Positions 60,790-64,000 of a stretch of 64,000 nt of DNA are shown here, one piece after another. A model generated the notes under the pieces. It had not been told where the DNA came from. It ran no database searches and worked only from the letters and a program-made list of their open reading frames with translations. Origin of the DNA: Roseicyclus sp. (lineage in GTDB: Bacteria; Pseudomonadota; Alphaproteobacteria; Rhodobacterales; Rhodobacteraceae); the NCBI GenBank assembly GCA_965661995.1, contig CBFIFZ010000001.1, positions 3,987 to 67,986 on the forward strand. The letters are read 5' to 3'. Position 1 is the stretch's first letter, and every line of letters starts with the position of its first letter. A program made the position numbers and the translations under genes.

Positions 60790-63405
60790 ATGAACTTGGA
60801 GAAGTTCACCGATCGCGCCCGCGGGTTCCTTCAGGCCGCGCAGACGATCGCACAGCGCGAGGACCACCAGAAGCTGGCCCCCGAGCATATCCTGAAGGCC
60901 CTCATGGATGACGAGCAGGGGTTGGCCTCGAACCTGATCGCGCGGGCGGGCGGTGCGCCGCAGCGCGTGCTGGAGTCGGTCGACCTGGCGCTGGCGAAGA
61001 TGCCGAAGGTGACCGGCGATGCCGGGCAGACCTATCTCGACAAGCAGACGGCCAAGGTTCTGGATGAGGCGGAGAAGATCGCCCAGAAGGCGGGCGACAG
61101 TTTCGTGGCCGTCGAGCGGCTGCTGACGGCGCTGGCCGTGGTGAAATCGGGCGCGAAGGATGCGCTGGATGCGGGCGCGGTGAATGCGCAGGCGCTGAAT
61201 GCGGCGATCAATGATTTGCGCAAGGGTCGGACGGCGGACAGCGCCGGGGCCGAGGACAGTTACGAAGCGCTGAAGAAATACGCCCGCGACCTGACCGAGG
61301 CCGCGCGCGAGGGCAAGATCGACCCGATCATCGGGCGCGACGAGGAAATTCGCCGCGCGATGCAGGTGTTGAGCCGCCGGACCAAGAACAACCCGGTTCT
61401 GATCGGGGAACCCGGCGTCGGCAAGACGGCGATCGCCGAGGGGCTGGCTTTGCGGATCGTGAACGGGGATGTGCCGGAAAGCCTGAAGAACAAGACGCTG
61501 ATGGCACTCGACATGGGATCGTTGATCGCGGGCGCCAAGTATCGCGGCGAGTTCGAGGAGCGGCTGAAAGCCGTCCTGGGCGAGATCACGGCGGCGGCGG
61601 GTGAGATCATCCTGTTCATCGACGAGATGCACACGCTGGTGGGTGCGGGCAAGACGGATGGCGCGATGGACGCGGCCAACCTGATCAAGCCTGCGCTGGC
61701 GCGGGGTGAGTTGCATTGCGTCGGTGCCACGACGCTGGATGAATACCGCAAGTATGTCGAGAAGGACGCGGCCCTTGCCCGCCGGTTCCAGCCGCTGATG
61801 GTGGAAGAGCCGACGGTGGAGGACACCGTTTCAATCCTGCGCGGGATCAAGGAGAAATACGAGCTGCACCACGGGGTGCGGATCTCGGATGCGGCACTGG
61901 TGGCGGCGGCGACGCTGTCGCATCGCTACATCACCGACCGGTTCCTGCCTGACAAGGCCATCGACCTTGTGGACGAGGCGGCCAGCCGGTTGCGGATGGA
62001 GGTGGATTCGAAGCCCGAGGAGCTGGACGCGCTCGACCGGCAGATCCTGCAGATGCAGATCGAGGCCGAGGCGCTGAAAAAGGAGGACGACCAGGCCTCG
62101 AAGGACCGGCTGGAGAAGCTGGAGAAGGAACTGGGCGACCTGCAGCAGCAATCGGCGGAGATGACCGCCAAATGGCAGGCAGAGCGTGACAAGCTGGAGT
62201 CGGCGCGCACCATCAAGGAGCGGCTGGATACCGCGCGCGCGGAACTGGACCAGGCGAAGCGGCAGGGTGACCTCGCCAAGGCGGGGGAGCTGTCTTATGG
62301 CGTGATCCCCCAGCTCGAGAAGGATCTGGCCGCGGCGGAGGAGCAGGACGAGGACGTGATGGTCGAAGAGGCCGTCCGCCCCGAACAGATCGCCGCCGTT
62401 GTCGAGCGTTGGACCGGCATTCCCATGTCGAAGATGCTGGAAGGCGAGCGCGAGAAGCTTCTGAAGATGGAAGAGGAGCTGGGCCGCCGCGTGATCGGCC
62501 AGCGGCAGGCGGTCGAGGCCGTGAGCCGGGCCGTGCGGCGCGCGCGTGCGGGTCTGCAGGACGAGAACCGGCCGCTCGGCTCGTTCCTGTTCCTCGGGCC
62601 GACCGGCGTCGGCAAGACCGAGCTGACCAAGGCGCTGGCGGAATACCTGTTCGACGATGACCAGGCGATGGTGCGGATCGACATGAGCGAGTTCATGGAG
62701 AAGCACTCGGTCGCGCGGCTGATCGGAGCGCCGCCGGGCTATGTCGGCTATGACGAGGGTGGCGTCCTGACCGAAGCGGTGCGGCGCAGGCCCTACCAGG
62801 TGATCCTGTTCGACGAGGTCGAAAAGGCGCACCCGGAGGTGTTCAACGTGCTGTTGCAGGTGCTGGACGACGGTATCCTGACCGATGGCCAGGGGCGGCG
62901 CGTGGACTTCAAGCAGACGCTGATCGTGCTGACCTCGAACCTCGGGTCGCAGGCTTTGAGCCAGCTGCCCGACGGGTCGGATGCGGCGCAGGCCAAGCGC
63001 GACGTGATGGACGCGGTGCGGGCGCATTTCCGGCCCGAGTTCCTGAACCGGCTGGACGACATGATCGTCTTCGACCGGCTGACGCGGGACGACATGGACG
63101 GGATCGTGCGTATTCAGCTGAAGCGGCTGGAGAAGCGTCTGGCGCAGCGCAAGATCACGCTGGAGCTGGACGAGGCCGCGCTGAGCTGGCTGGCCGACGA
63201 GGGCTATGACCCGGTCTTTGGCGCGCGCCCGCTGAAGCGGGTGATCCAGCGCAGCCTGCAGGACCAGCTGGCCGAGATGATTCTCGCCGGCGAGATCACG
63301 GACGGCAGCGCCATCTCGGTGCATGCCGGGGTGGACGGGCTGATCGTGGGCGACCGTGTGGCGCCGACGAACCGGCCCAAGCCGGATGATGCCGTGGTGC
63401 ATTGA
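60790..63405 (+). CDS. clpB: ATP-dependent chaperone ClpB
   Basis: GEPGVGKT, coiled-coil M domain, [28 protein letters not shown]. Confidence 0.98.
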   Translation: MNLEKFTDRARGFLQAAQTIAQREDHQKLAPEHILKALMDDEQGLASNLIARAGGAPQRVLESVDLALAKMPKVTGDAGQTYLDKQTAKVLDEAEKIAQKAGDSFVAVERLLTALAVVKSGAKDALDAGAVNAQALNAAINDLRKGRTADSAGAEDSYEALKKYARDLTEAAREGKIDPIIGRDEEIRRAMQVLSRRTKNNPVLIGEPGVGKTAIAEGLALRIVNGDVPESLKNKTLMALDMGSLIAGAKYRGEFEERLKAVLGEITAAAGEIILFIDEMHTLVGAGKTDGAMDAANLIKPALARGELHCVGATTLDEYRKYVEKDAALARRFQPLMVEEPTVEDTVSILRGIKEKYELHHGVRISDAALVAAATLSHRYITDRFLPDKAIDLVDEAASRLRMEVDSKPEELDALDRQILQMQIEAEALKKEDDQASKDRLEKLEKELGDLQQQSAEMTAKWQAERDKLESARTIKERLDTARAELDQAKRQGDLAKAGELSYGVIPQLEKDLAAAEEQDEDVMVEEAVRPEQIAAVVERWTGIPMSKMLEGEREKLLKMEEELGRRVIGQRQAVEAVSRAVRRARAGLQDENRPLGSFLFLGPTGVGKTELTKALAEYLFDDDQAMVRIDMSEFMEKHSVARLIGAPPGYVGYDEGGVLTEAVRRRPYQVILFDEVEKAHPEVFNVLLQVLDDGILTDGQGRRVDFKQTLIVLTSNLGSQALSQLPDGSDAAQAKRDVMDAVRAHFRPEFLNRLDDMIVFDRLTRDDMDGIVRIQLKRLEKRLAQRKITLELDEAALSWLADEGYDPVFGARPLKRVIQRSLQDQLAEMILAGEITDGSAISVHAGVDGLIVGDRVAPTNRPKPDDAVVH

Positions 63406-63427
63406 TCCCGCGAGGATGTGACGGAAG

Positions 63428-63460
63428 AAGCCCCCGGTCCCATGGACGGGGGCTTTTTCT
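63428..63460 (+). terminator. Rho-independent terminator after clpB
   Basis: aagccccc-ggtcc-cat-ggac-gggggcttttt. Confidence 0.8.
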
Positions 63461-63553
63461 TAGGTAAAAACTATCAAAACTGGAAATGCGATAGTATTCT
63501 GGGCGCCCGGGCTCGCTCTATATGTGTCTTGTGATGCAGCGAGGAGCACGAAC

Positions 63554-63703
63554 ATGACACAACAGACGGAAGACAAGGAAACCTCGCAGACCGACCGTCT
63601 GCGGGCATGGTTGAAATCGGACGTGACGGTGACCCTGCCCGGTTGGGCGGTGGCGCTGGGCGGGGTGGTGGCGGTGGTGCTGCTGCTCGTCGCGCTGGAT
63701 TGA
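63554..63703 (+). CDS. Small membrane protein (49 aa; not in ORF track)
   Basis: GAGGAG RBS at 63541; MTQQTEDKETSQTDRLRAWLKSDVTVTLPGWAVALGGVVAVVLLLVALD. Confidence 0.65.
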   Translation: MTQQTEDKETSQTDRLRAWLKSDVTVTLPGWAVALGGVVAVVLLLVALD

Positions 63704-63714
63704 GGGGGCGACCG

Positions 63715-64000
63715 ATGACGAGGATGCTTCTGGGCGCCGCGCTGGCGCTTGCCCTGCCGGGTGCGGCGCTGGCCAAGGTGACCGCGGTCGAGGATTTGCG
63801 CCGCGGGGTGGATGTGACGGTCGAGGGCACGGTCGAGCGGATCACCGTCGAGGACGAATTCCTGCTGGTCGATGCGACGGGGCGGGTGCTGGTCTATATC
63901 GGCCCGAACGCCATGCCGGTGCGGGCAGGCGAGCGGGTGCTGGTTTCCGGGCGGGTCGATGACGATGGCCCGCTGGAAATCTACGCGGGCGAGATCACGC
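63715..64000 (+). CDS. Periplasmic OB-fold protein (BOF / YgiW-YdeI-like), 3' truncated by window
   Basis: Signal peptide MTRMLLGAALALALPGAALA; VTVEGTVERI..DEFLLVDATGRVLV...GERVLVSGRVD. Confidence 0.78.
   Translation, partial: MTRMLLGAALALALPGAALAKVTAVEDLRRGVDVTVEGTVERITVEDEFLLVDATGRVLVYIGPNAMPVRAGERVLVSGRVDDDGPLEIYAGEIT

Overview
High-GC (roughly two-thirds G+C by eye) alphaproteobacterial chromosome segment. Gene content and order suggest Rhodobacteraceae/Roseobacteraceae (inference). It starts in the dnaA-dnaN-recF-lysE-gyrB cluster and continues with mostly core genes: mlaA/mlaC, a type I secretion ABC/MFP pair, ridA-GDPD-GNAT-phhB, two peroxiredoxins, rsmD, recQ, yaaA, hmgA, the rpoE-chrR singlet-oxygen locus with divergent ufaD/ufaO-like genes, a two-component pair facing an acyl-CoA ligase/LIV-type ABC operon, rpmJ, tRNA-Val(GAC), dinB, SPFH/NfeD, pyrF and clpB. 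No CRISPR array, transposase or integrase was seen. Three signals stand out. (1) An orphan ORF6N/KilA-N-like DNA-binding gene carries a perfect 13-bp-arm AT-rich palindrome inside its coding sequence, encoding the LKSQDVISS segment, and a near-identical palindrome over its own promoter. (2) A minimal three-gene curli-like amyloid operon (csgA-like, csgH-like, csgB-like) has no csgE/F/G in the window. (3) Three perfect 20-bp palindromes sit at an exact 23-bp period between dnaN and recF. All calls come from reading motifs by eye; no database search was run.
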